From assembly GCA_051313645.2 (NCBI GenBank), contig JBNRSN020000018.1, positions 28,954,001 to 29,018,000 of the forward strand: a DNA stretch of 64,000 nt, in the 5' to 3' direction. The position numbers and the translations under genes are program-made. Positions 12,446 to 24,099 of this stretch are shown here, piece by piece (positions within the stretch are counted from its first letter, which is position 1; each line of letters opens with the position of its first letter). The stretch is from Centroscyllium fabricii (lineage: Eukaryota). The notes under the pieces are model-generated. The model made no database searches and was not told where the DNA came from. It worked only from the letters and a program-made list of their open reading frames with translations.

Positions 12446-13416
12446 TAAAATAATAGAGCGAGTTATTATCTAAATGGAAAGGAACTGGAAAGTACTTCAG
12501 TGCAAAGGGATCTGGGGGTCCTGGTGCAGGAAACACAAAAAGTTAATATGCAGGTGCAGCAGGTGGTCAGGAAGGCCAACGGAATGTTGGCTTTTATTGC
12601 TAAGGGGATTGAGTATAAAAGCAGGGAGGTCTTGCTGCAGTTGTACAGGGTATTGGTGAGACCACACCTGGAATACTGCGTGCAGTTTTGGTATCCCTAT
12701 TTAAGAAAGGACATACTTGCTCTCGAGGCAGTGCAGAGAAGGTTCACTAGGTTAATTCCGGGGATGAGGGGGCTAACATATGACGAGAGGCTGAGTAGAT
12801 TGGGCCTCTACTCATTGGAGTTCAGAAGAATGAGAGGCGATCTTATTGAAACATATAAGATTGTGAGAGGGCTTGATCGGGTGGATGCGGTGAGGATGTT
12901 CCCAATGGTGGGTGAAACTAGGACTAGGGGGCATAATCTTAAAATAAGGGGCTGCCATTTCAAAACTGAGATGAGGAGGAACTTCTTCACTCAGAGGGTG
13001 GTGGGGCTGTGGAATTTGCTGCCCCGGAGAGCTGTGGAAGCTACTACATTGAATACATTTAAAACTGAGATAGACAGTTTCCTGGAATTAAAGGGAATTA
13101 GGGGTTATGGTGAGCGGGCAGGTAAGTGGACGTGAGGCTAGGTTCAGATCGGCCATGTGATCTCCTGGACCAGTTTTCGATCGCCTAGATGGGTCGGAGA
13201 GGAATTTTCCTGGTTTTTTTTCTCCCAAATTGGCTACTGTTTTTTTAAAATCTGTTTTTTTCGCCTCTCCCAGGTGATCACATGGGTCTGGGCGGGGTGG
13301 AGAATAAAAATAAAATTGAGGTTAGGATCAGATCAGCGATTATCTTGTTGAATGGCGGAGCAGGCTCGAGGGGCCGATTGGCCAACTCCTGCTCCTATTT
13401 CTTATGTTCTTATGTT
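12446..13416 (+). mobile_element. CR1 LINE 3' fragment inserted in the Gypsy RT (ORF 12500-13135)
   Basis: LVRPHLEYCVQFW and RMRGDLIETYK motifs; (TTCTTATG)n tail; flanking duplication CTCCTGAA at 12438-12445 and 13417-13424. Confidence 0.92.
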
Positions 13417-14162
13417 CTCCTGAAGTGTATCACAAAACTATCCATATGGTCTATGAGCACCTGAAGGGAGTTGATACCTCAATGGATGACATCATAGTAT
13501 GGGGAACCACAAGAACTGAGCATGACGAGAGACTGAAAAAAGTGCTGGAAGCAACAAGGAAAACAAACCTGAAGCTGAATAGAGAGAAATGCCAGCTCGG
13601 GGTGACAGAACTGACATTTGTGGGAGATATCCTTAGCAGTGAGGGCATCAGACCAGATCTCAGAAAGGTGTCCGCCATTGGGAATATGCCAAGGCCACAA
13701 TGCAAAAGGGACGTGCAGAGGTTTAATGGAATGATCAACTACATGGGTAAATTCATATCCAACCTCTCAGAAAAGATGGCGCCACTGAGAAGACTAACTG
13801 AAAAGAACATGGAATGGGAGTGGAATCATGAGCATGAGAAGTCATGGAGCGAACTAAAGAAACTGCTCATAGAGGAACCAGTTCTGAAGTTTTATGACCC
13901 AGCGAGATCCATCAAGAGATCATCAGACGCATCACAGAGTGGGCTCGGTGCCTTTCTTCTGCAAAAATATAACGACTGGCAACCTATTGCATATGCATCA
14001 TGCTCAATGACAGATGCGGAGACACGATATGCTCAAATAGAAAAGGAGCTGTTCAGCATCACATACGCCTGTGAAAGATTTCACCAGTTTGTGTCAGGAC
14101 AAGCAATCAGTGTAGAGACTGACCATAAGCCCTTGATTGCATTGTTCCAAAAGCAACTAAAT

Positions 14163-14551
14163 CAGTGGTTCCCAACCGGTGCTGGTCCGCGGGACAGTTT
14201 TACCGGTCCGCGGAAGGTTCTGTGAATCGGCGCATGCGCAGATCATTCGCCGACGGTCCGCGGCAGGGTCTGTGAATCGGCGCATGCGCAGATCATTCGC
14301 TGACGGAAGACGTTTAACGAGGCACAGACGGAAGACAGCACCCCCCCCAGGTCAGTCCCCCCACCCCCGGTCAGTCAAAAAAACTCCGCCAGCACCCCCC
14401 CCCCCGGTCAGTCAAAAAAACTCCGCCAGCAGCCCCCACCACCGGTCAGTAAAAAAAACTCCGCCAGCACCCCCCACCCCCCGCCACCAGTCCGTGAAAA
14501 AATTGACAAGCCCAAAATGGGCCGCGGTCCCAAAAAGGTTGGTGACCCCTG
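14163..14551. mobile_element. hAT (Charlie-like) MITE inserted in the Gypsy RNase H region
   Basis: TIRs CAGTGGTTCCCAACC / GGTTGGTGACCCCTG; 8-bp TSD AACTAAAT / CACTAAAT; second copy at 52957-53288. Confidence 0.88.
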
Positions 14552-16900
14552 CACTAAATGCCTGTCCGCTTGGAATACAAAGAATGATGATCAGGCTGCA
14601 ACGCTATACACTGAATGTTGCATACACTCCAGGTAAGCTGATGTACATAGCAGACACGTTGTCTGGAGCTGTTGACCCAAGAGAGCACGCAAACACCAAA
14701 ATGGGTGAAGATGTGAACGCCTACGTGGACATGATCACAAGTGCACTGCCCATAGCAGATGCAAAAATGGAGCTCATAAAGACTGAAACAAACAAAGATG
14801 AAACACTGAAACGGCTGAGAAAAAACATCTTGGACGGATGGCCCAACATGAAGCAAGACTGCTCACCTGACATTGCAGAGTACTGGAACTGCAGGGTGGA
14901 ACTATCAGTGGTCGAAGACATCATCTACAAAGGAAGTAAAATAGTTATCCCAAAGAGTCTGAGAAAAGAGATGCTATAAAGGACCCATGGAGGACATCGG
15001 GGAATCGAAAACTGTAAGAAAAGAGCACGAGAGGTGATGTACTGGCCACGAATCAACCATGATGTGACAAATGAGGTGTCAAACTGCACAATATGCCAGA
15101 AATATCAAGCAAGCAATCCTGCAGAACCACTAAAGCCACACCCAGCACCAGATAGACCTTACCAGAAGGTAGGCGCTGCCCTATTTGTATGTCAAGGGAA
15201 GGACTATCTTGTAGTCACAGACTATTACTCCCTGTATCCAGAGGTTTGTAGACTGTACACCACCACTGCAGATGCTGTGATAACATGTATGAAAGCCATA
15301 TTCTCCAGACATGGCGTGGTAAGCGAGGTCTTCACAGACAATGGACCCCAGTTTTGCAATTCAAGTTTCCGACACTTTGCCAAAGAGTGGGACTTTGTCC
15401 ACACAACGTCAAGTCCTCATTTTCCACAGTCCTTATGGGACGTATGCTAAGATCAAACCTACCCATCCCGGAGAACCTCCTGAAAACAAAAGAGGTGGAG
15501 AAAGTGAGGAAGTTCAAAGAACAACAGAAAGAAATGCAAAAGTACTACTTTGACAGAGGAACACAAAACCTACCTAAACTTTACACTGGTGATCAGTTAA
15601 GGCTCAAAGACAAAACAAACATATGGACTCAGAAGGGAACTGTCCTTAGTGAAGTCCAACCAAGATCATATACCATTCAGACAGATGAAGGTGCTGTTCT
15701 TCGAAGAAATCATTAGGATCTTCTCATGCGACCAGCCACAGCAGGCAGAAAGACTGATACTGTTGAACAACCTGATTACACAGCTGAGAACCCATCATCT
15801 GAGGCAACAACTCAGATTCAAGGACAATCAATCAGAAGATCCTCAAGGCACGTGAAGCCTCCTGAGAGACTCATAGAGCAAATTTAAAGACTCTTGTTAT
15901 AGATTGAAGTAGTGTTACCTTATTCGCTCTTCAAGTTCTAGTGTATGTACATATTTCATGTGAACACACAAAACAAGGTTAAAAAACCTTAATAATGATA
16001 ATAATAATGATAATGTAAGTTCATTAAGTGTTACAGTTAAAATTGCAGAGTAATACAAAGAAAACATGTTGTTAGTTAAAAGTAGGATACTTTTATTTTA
16101 AGAAAGGGAGAAGTAATGATATCAGCAAATTGTGATCGTATTTGCCTGTTTGATTATCTATGCCTTACCAGCAGAGGGATCATAGTTGCCTGTTTGATCA
16201 TCTATGTCTGGCCAGCAGAGGGCATGTGACAAGAAGCAAGTTAGTTTAGCTGCTGTGTAAGATTGATCTCCAAGATGGAGTCTCCCTGTAAGCATCATGT
16301 AAAGCAGTTTTAGATTAACATACTTTAGATTAAACAACATTCTCCTTCATAAATGTGTCATCATTGAACCTACATAGAAAACAATACAGTTATCGACCTG
16401 AAATGTTAACTCTTTTTCCATAGATGCTGCCTGACCTGCTGAGTAGTTCCAGCATTTTCTGCTTTTAGTTCAGATTTCCAGCATCTTGCTTTTGTAGTTA
16501 TGGCTATTTGTTGCGTGCCTCCTAATCGTGGGCTCAAGGTGAGCAATGACCATGGTGTTCTACATGGCCTGCACTTTGATTGTTCTCTGGGATGCGCAAG
16601 GCCAGGGGAACTGCAACAAGAGAGCAAAATGTGGGAAGGATCATGAGGCTAGTGGGAAGGATCATGAGGCTAATGTACTCTCACATAAATTTGAAGTAAG
16701 GAGGTAATGAGAGAGCCAATTAGTTCATTTTTGTAGGAACTAGACGAAGGATCAGACATACTGGTCACATATTTTACACAGAGGTTCCATCATGTTGGGA
16801 ACACAGAACTGCTGTTGCAGAAATGCAACAGGTCAGAAGTGAATAATATACAGTAGATTGTTTTGTGAGACTGACATTCTGAAGTTTTGATGACAGTTAA

Positions 16901-16976
16901 TACACTCACACACGCACACACACACACTCACATGCACCTATACATGCACACGCGCACGCACACACACATGCACGCT
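16901..16976. repeat. Imperfect (CA)n microsatellite
   Basis: Visible CA/CG dinucleotide run. Confidence 0.8.
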
Positions 16977-17403
16977 CCAGCACGAGTAGTAAAGCTTTGA
17001 GTCATCGTCGGCTTGCTCTCATGCATTCCCTTCCTACACCCTTCCCCCTTGCTCCACCACCGGTACCTTCGGTTTGACCGCACCTTCGCTCACTTCCATC
17101 AACACTTCCCTCAATTGCTGTTTGGTGTCCCATTGTTATTTTTTGCCCCGTCTTGTGAATTTCCTTGGGACATTTCACTGTGTTAAAGGCTCTTTATCAT
17201 TGTTGTTGTTCATAGTCTTTGGGCGTATGTCACAGAATTTATCTTCTTAAAAGTGTTAGCTGTAATTGGCGTCGATGCAGTGGACGCGTCAATGACCGTG
17301 GTGTTCTACATGGTCTGGTGGACGGAGAAAACCTCAATTAGCGGGATGGGCTTTTTTTCTGCTCTGTATTGTCTTGCATTTGGCTTTCCTTCAATTAAGG
17401 GTT

Positions 17404-18200
17404 TTCAATTCAATTCAATTCAATTTTATTGTCATTGCAGTGTACTAGTACAATACAACAAAACGTAGACTCACCGCTCCCGAGAGTAGTGCAAATAAGT
17501 TACATGGGTTGCACACAATAAAGTACATTTCAGGCGTGCAGATACTGGAGTTTATTGTTGGAGTTCAGGAGACTGACAGCCCTGGGGAAGAAGCTGTTCT
17601 TGAATCTGGTCGTGCGGGTGCGAATTGATCTGTAGCGTCTCCTGGAGGGCAGGGGGGCGAACAGACTGTGGCTGGGGTGTGTGGGGTCTTTAATAATGTT
17701 CAGAGACCTCCGTAGGCAGCGTTTAAGGTAGGTGAATTCAATTGACGGTAGCTGGGTGCCGGTGATTTGTTGGGCTGTTTTGACTACCTGCTGCAGGGCC
17801 TTCCAGTCCGAGATGGTGCAGTTTCCATACCAGACAGTGATGCAGCTTGTCAGTATGCTTTCAATTGTGCAGCGGTAGAAGTTGGTGAGGATTCCGGATG
17901 TCAGCTTGGCCTTTTTCAGCTTCTTTAGGAAGTACAGGCGCTGTTGGGCCTTCTTTATCAGAGAGGAAGTGTTTAGTGACCAGGAGAGGTCTTCCGAGAT
18001 GTGGACCCCGAGGAACTTGAAGCTGGACACCCTTTCCACCTCAGCCCCTTGGATGAAGATGGGGGTGTGTCTTCCGCTTTTAGTCTTCTGGAAGTCCACT
18101 ATGATCTCCTTGGTTTTCTTCGTGTTTAGTGCCAGGTTGTTGTCGGCACACCATCTCACAAGGCGCTGAATCTCATCCCTGTTGGCTGACTCATCATCAT
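17404..18200 (-). mobile_element. Rex1/Babar LINE 3' fragment (ORF 17530-18159)
   Basis: (AATTC)n tail at 17404-17424; same RT C-terminal peptide as the other copies. Confidence 0.9.
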
Positions 18201-18925
18201 TTATGTATGTTCATACAAATCAGGTAATGGAGTGAATGAATAAATGGAACAGTGGAGGCTTTAGGAAAGAGCAGTTACAATATGACTGAGTCTTAAAACT
18301 ATGGGAGATTGAATCAGTTTTATTGGGGGGAAAAAGATTAAGGAACATATATGATCCAAGATTGCTTTTTAAAGTCTGTATGAGAGGTACTTAATGCTGA
18401 ACCTTGAAAAGAGAATCAGAATTGTTGAAATTTCATAGAGAAGGTCGCAATCCTACTTGCAATGCTTGCTTACCAGAGCTATCTTCTCTAATCCCATTTC
18501 CTTGCCATTTCCTGTACCCTTTAGTAAATTTCATCTTCAAGTGCTTATCTAATTCCCTCTTAAATCTTAGTGTTCTCTCTGCTTCCTTTCTGTCATCTAA
18601 TAACCCTTTGTGTGTGATGTATCGTCGATGACTCCAATTAAAAGACGACAAGTAGATACCGAAACTAAAAGGCTTTTAATTGCTAAACAATGGAGCTACT
18701 CTCCAGACGAACAACTTTACAGAACTGGGTGGAGCCCCGGTCAGACCACACCTATATAGAGCCTCACAAGGGGAGGAGTCGGGGGTGTGGCTGACCTGGC
18801 TCCCAACAAGATTACAGTAAACAGGGCTGTGCCCAACATCTGCACAGCCCATAATTAGTCATGGTAATACATTGGAATAACTGTGGAATACAGTGGAATA
18901 GAACGGTTACCACATTCACCCCTTC

Positions 18926-20206
18926 TTAAAAACTTTGAGTCCGGGGGGGTGAATGGATCGAACAGTTCATTATAAGACGGTCCGGCGGTTGTTTCTTCCT
19001 GGAGGACTGTCGGCGCACCGGTGTTGGAGGTGATGCCTCCATGGTTGAATAGTCCGCCTCTGCCGGCGCTGTGACTTCCGGTGGTGGTGTGCTCGTCGGG
19101 TCGCAGTCAGGGAAACTCGGGGGCAATCTTGTGTCTGGTGGGTGAACAACTTGATGGCCGGCGGGTGGTGCTGTCATGGTGTTTCCGGCCGGGGCCAGGT
19201 CCCTGATGGACACGGTGTCCTCACGCCCGTCTGGGAACTGCACGAAGGCGTAGTGCGGGTTGGCGTGTAGTAGCTATACCTTGTCCACCAGGGGGTCCGT
19301 TTTGTGGCTCCGGACGTGTCTCTTAAGTAAAACCGGCCCCGGAGTCGTCAGCCATGGGGGAAGGGCTGTTCCCGAAGTAGACCTCCTGTGGAACGAAAAA
19401 ATGAGATCATGCGGAGTGGCGTTAGTAGCAGTACACAACAGTGATCGGATAGAGTGCAGCGCATCTGGGAGGACTGCCTGCCAATGGGACACTGGAAGGC
19501 CTCTGGACTTGAGAGCCAGGGTGACCGCCTTCCAGATGATCCCATTCTCCCTTTCTACCTGGCCGTTCCCCCGGGGGTTATAACTGGTCGTTCTGCTCGT
19601 GGCAACCCCTCTCTGGAGCAGAAACTGGCGCAGTTCATCGCTCATGAACGATGACCCCCGGTCGCTATGCATGTAGCCGGGGAGACCGAAAATGGCGAAC
19701 AGTGTGGTGAAATGTTTGATCACCGTTGCGCTCGTCATATCTGGGCAGGGGAAAGCGAAGGGGAAGCGGGAGAACTCATCCACTACCGTGAGGAAGTATG
19801 AGTTGCGGTCGGTGGAGGGGAGGGGGCCTTTGAAGTCTACGCTGAGACGTTCAAAGGGGCGGGTGGCCTTGATGAGATGCGTCGTGTCTGGCCGGAAAAA
19901 GTGGGGTTTGCACTCGGCACAGACAGGGCACTCTCTGGTTATATCCTTGATCTCCGTGATGGAGTAGGGGAGGCTACGGGATTTGACAAAATGGGCGAGT
20001 CTGGTGACACCCGGGTGACAAAGGCAGTCGTGGAGGTCCTTCAGCCGGTCTAGCTGGGCACTGGCGCACGTTCCCCTGGACAGTGCGTCTGGGGATTCAT
20101 TGAGTTTACCTGGTCGGTAAAGAATGTCGTACTCGTAAGTCGAGAGTTCGATCCGCCACCGCAGGATCTTATCATTCTTGAATTTACCCCGTAGTTTATT
20201 ATTAAA
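18926..20206 (-). pseudogene. Gypsy pol C-terminal part: end of RNase H plus integrase (in-frame stop at ~19274)
   Basis: NDKILRWRIEL, HDCLCHPG, CPVCAECKP, DFKGPLP, DEFSRFPFAF, HSDRGSSF, NGQVEREN. Confidence 0.9.
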
Positions 20207-20615
20207 TGTAACCCTTTTTACGATTGGCCCCCCCCCTCTCCTTTACTGAGAATGGGGGGTAGGTTAATACCAATTACCCCGTAGGTTCTTAACGTACCCC
20301 ACGTGTAGAACTCTGTGACCTGCACCCAAATGTAACCCTTTTACCTTAAGAGAGATGAATCAGAGACAAAATTTATTATTTACAAACTTTAATAACAGGG
20401 ATGGGAGATAGAGTTCAAACACAAACAGTGTTAAACTAGCAACTGCATACACAAATAGAAAGTAGCATTAATGTCATACAACAAATCACTTACACATTCA
20501 TTCAATTCACAGACACTCCCAAGAACACATTTCAACTGGACATTTACAATGGCAAGGCACTCGCTTTAGCACCCTTACAGCTTGTTCCCCAAGCCCTTTT
20601 CTCAGAAGTACTACT

Positions 20616-21531
20616 CACGACTGTCCGAATAGGGCTTGACAATGAGGACCGTACACTACAGTCTCCTCATCTCAAGGGAGACAACGACGGCTCTTGGATC
20701 TGCCTCTGTCCTTTTAACACGAAAGCTTCCAGCATCTTCCAGCAGTGGGCGTCGCACACAGCTCTCCACCCTCTGCTTCCTGCAACCTCGTCTTCCCCAA
20801 GCCCCTCTCCCGGTAGCCGCCACCCACGACTGTCCGAACAGGGCTTGGCAATGAGTACCGTACACAACAGCCTACTCATCCCAAGGGAAACAACGACGGC
20901 TCTTGGGACTGTCTCTCAGTCCTTTTAACACGAAAGCCTCCAGCCTCTTCCAGCAATGGGCGTCGCACACAGCTCTCCACCCTCTGCTTCCTGCAACCTC
21001 GTCTTCCCCAAGCCCTTCTCTCAGTAGCCGCCACCCACGACTGTCCGAACAGGGCTTGGCAATGAGTACAGCCTACTCATCCCAAGGGAAACAACGACGG
21101 CTCTTGGGACTGTCTCTCAGTCCTTTTAACACGAAAGCCTCCAGCATCTTCCAGCAATGGGCGTCGCACACAGCTCTCCACCCTCTGCTTCCTGCAACCT
21201 CGTCTTCCCCAAGCCCTTCTCTCAGTAGCCGCCACCCACGACTGTCCGAACAGGGCTTGGCAATGAGTACAGCCTACTCATCCCAAGGGAAACAACGACG
21301 GCTCTTGGGACTGTCTCTCAGTCCTTTTAACACGAAAGCCTCCAGCATCTTCCAGCAATGGGCGTCGCACACAGCTCTCCACCCTCTGCTTCCTGCAACC
21401 TCGTCTTCCCCAAGCCCTTCTCTCAGTAAGTGCTACTCACGACTGTCCAAATAGGGCTCGACGATGAGGACCGTACACTACAGCCTCCTCATCCCCAGGG
21501 AGATAACGACGGCTCTTGGAACTGCCTCTCT
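20616..21531. repeat. Tandem array of ~201-211 bp units (4 full + 1 partial) in the 3' LTR
   Basis: Units begin CACGACTGTCC at 20616, 20825, 21036, 21237 and 21438. Confidence 0.93.
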
Positions 21532-22456
21532 CATGGCTTCTCTGGATCTTTCCCGGATCTTCTCTCCATCTAACCTCCTGCTCAATCTTCTCCCTTCTCT
21601 CCAGCTCAATCTTACTCCTTCTCTCCAGCTCAATCTTACTCCTTCTGGATCTAACTAACTGTCTCTAGGCGTGTCCAGCCTTTTATCCTGTCCTGGCTCC
21701 ACCCTCCAGCAACTCACCCCACTTTTAGCCAGCCTATCGCAAAGCAATCACACAGCCCCCACCTGCAAGACCCCTTGTTTTTCCAGACTGCCCGGAGCCG
21801 AGTGCTGGTTTCCATGGCAGCCCAGCCTATCTGAAACATTGTCCATTCTCACACCTGGTCAACAACCCCATGTGATCTGAACTTCCAGACAAACTGGCAC
21901 CGAAGAGGTCACCTGACCTCAGACCACTGGATCCCTAGATTTTTAACCCTTTAGGGAGATTCTCCCTGACTCTGGGTTTCAGACCCAGGTTACACTCCCC
22001 CCTTACCAAACCTAGTCATGTCCTCATGACTACACCACAAAGTAACCGTGCTCACGTCCATCTCTCTCTCGGCAACAATGGGTTCACTCCACTAGGGTAT
22101 GAAACTGGAAGTCACAGTATCCCGAAGACGAGCCCCCAAATGTAACCCTTTTTACGATTGGCCCCCCCCCTCTCCTTTACTGAGAATGGGGGGTAGGTTA
22201 ATACCAATTACCCCGTAGGTTCTTAACGTACCCCACGTGTAGAACTCTGTGACCTCCACCCAAATGTAACCCTTTTACCTTAAGAGAGATGAATCAGAGA
22301 CAAAATTTATTATTTACAAACTTTAATAACAGGGATGGGAGATAGAGTTCAAACACAAACAGTGTTAAACTAGCAACTGCATACACAAATAGAAAGTAGC
22401 ATTAATGTCATACAACAAATCACTTACACATTCATTCAATTCACAGACACTCCCAA

Positions 22457-22684
22457 GAACACACTTCAATCAGAACTTTACAATGGCAAGGCACTCGCTT
22501 TAGCACCCTTCCAGAACACATTTCAATCAGAACTTTACAATGGCAAGGCACTCGCTTTAGCACCCTTACAGAACACATTTCAATCAGAACTTTACAATGG
22601 CAAGGCACTCGCTTTAGCACCCTTACAGAACACATTTCAACTGGACATTTACAATGGCAAGGCACTCGCTTTAGCACCCTTACA
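22457..22684. repeat. Four tandem 57-bp units in the 5' LTR (single unit in the 3' LTR)
   Basis: GAACACATTTCAATCAGAACTTTACAATGGCAAGGCACTCGCTTTAGCACCCTTACA x4; LTR length difference 171 = 3 x 57. Confidence 0.93.
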
Positions 22685-22720
22685 GCTTGTTCCCCAAGCC
22701 CTTTTCTCAGAAGTACTACT

Positions 22721-23636
22721 CACGACTGTCCGAATAGGGCTTGACAATGAGGACCGTACACTACAGTCTCCTCATCTCAAGGGAGACAACGACGGCTCTT
22801 GGATCTGCCTCTGTCCTTTTAACACGAAAGCTTCCAGCATCTTCCAGCAGTGGGCGTCGCACACAGCTCTCCACCCTCTGCTTCCTGCAACCTCGTCTTC
22901 CCCAAGCCCCTCTCCCGGTAGCCGCCACCCACGACTGTCCGAACAGGGCTTGGCAATGAGTACCGTACACAACAGCCTACTCATCCCAAGGGAAACAACG
23001 ACGGCTCTTGGGACTGTCTCTCAGTCCTTTTAACACGAAAGCCTCCAGCCTCTTCCAGCAATGGGCGTCGCACACAGCTCTCCACCCTCTGCTTCCTGCA
23101 ACCTCGTCTTCCCCAAGCCCTTCTCTCAGTAGCCGCCACCCACGACTGTCCGAACAGGGCTTGGCAATGAGTACAGCCTACTCATCCCAAGGGAAACAAC
23201 GACGGCTCTTGGGACTGTCTCTCAGTCCTTTTAACACGAAAGCCTCCAGCATCTTCCAGCAATGGGCGTCGCACACAGCTCTCCACCCTCTGCTTCCTGC
23301 AACCTCGTCTTCCCCAAGCCCTTCTCTCAGTAGCCGCCACCCACGACTGTCCGAACAGGGCTTGGCAATGAGTACAGCCTACTCATCCCAAGGGAAACAA
23401 CGACGGCTCTTGGGACTGTCTCTCAGTCCTTTTAACACGAAAGCCTCCAGCATCTTCCAGCAATGGGCGTCGCACACAGCTCTCCACCCTCTGCTTCCTG
23501 CAACCTCGTCTTCCCCAAGCCCTTCTCTCAGTAAGTGCTACTCACGACTGTCCAAATAGGGCTCGACGATGAGGACCGTACACTACAGCCTCCTCATCCC
23601 CAGGGAGATAACGACGGCTCTTGGAACTGCCTCTCT
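22721..23636. repeat. Same ~200-bp unit array in the 5' LTR
   Basis: Matches 20616-21531 at an offset of 2105. Confidence 0.93.
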
Positions 23637-24099
23637 CATGGCTTCTCTGGATCTTTCCCGGATCTTCTCTCCATCTAACCTCCTGCTCAATCTTCTCCCT
23701 TCTCTCCAGCTCAATCTTACTCCTTCTCTCCAGCTCAATCTTACTCCTTCTGGATCTAACTAACTGTCTCTAGGCGTGTCCAGCCTTTTATCCTGTCCTG
23801 GCTCCACCCTCCAGCAACTCACCCCACTTTTAGCCAGCCTATCGCAAAGCAATCACACAGCCCCCACCTGCAAGACCCCTTGTTTTTCCAGACTGCCCGG
23901 AGCCGAGTGCTGGTTTCCATGGCAGCCCAGCCTATCTGAAACATTGTCCATTCTCACACCTGGTCAACAACCCCATGTGATCTGAACTTCCAGACAAACT
24001 GGCACCGAAGAGGTCACCTGACCTCAGACCACTGGATCCCTAGATTTTTAACCCTTTAGGGAGATTCTCCCTGACTCTGGGTTTCAGACCCAGGTTACA

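Larger units (their letters stand above)
10757..15887 (+). pseudogene. Gypsy gag-pol (Gag with 2 CCHC-type knuckles, protease, RT, RNase H, integrase), with in-frame stops and two insertions
   Basis: NWNRFKQNFELY, CSRCGTQHLPKKC, CNMCNKNNHYAHCC; KLDTGAQ; LRICLDPRDLN, RLPFG, SMDDIIVWG; DASQSGLGA, YAQIEKE, ETDHKPL; YWPRI..CTIC, VFTDNGPQF. Confidence 0.92.
10320..16388 (+). mobile_element. Full-length Gypsy (Mag-like) LTR retrotransposon, decayed; LTRs 10320-10598 and 16112-16388; TSD GTTAT
   Basis: Direct repeats ending ACAATACA; TSD GTTAT at 10315-10319 and 16389-16393; PBS TGGTGTCAGAAGTG (tRNA-Leu) at 10599-10612; PPT AAGAAAGGGAGA at 16100-16111. Confidence 0.95.
20207..24099 (-). mobile_element. 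Non-autonomous LTR element with giant LTRs (22141-24099 and 20207-21994) and a 146-bp internal domain; TSD TAAA
   Basis: Both LTRs run TGTAACC...GGTTACA; TSD TAAA at 20203-20206 and 24100-24103; PBS TGGGGGCTCGTC (tRNA-Pro) on - at ~22127-22138; PPT AAGGGGGGAG on - at 21995-22004; removing it restores the host pol frame (AFMF/NNKLRGK). Confidence 0.92.

Noticed and set aside
20903-21454. 183-aa ORF with a 67-aa repeat (duplicated at 23008-23559)
   Set aside because: Non-ATG start, antisense to the element, and explained by 201-bp units; the 209/211-bp units break the frame.
20616-21531. Possible hammerhead/twister/pistol ribozyme or CRISPR-like array in the LTR repeats
   Set aside because: No CUGANGA...GAAA core; CAAGCCC only loosely recalls twister/pistol motifs; there are no unique spacers and the DNA is eukaryotic.
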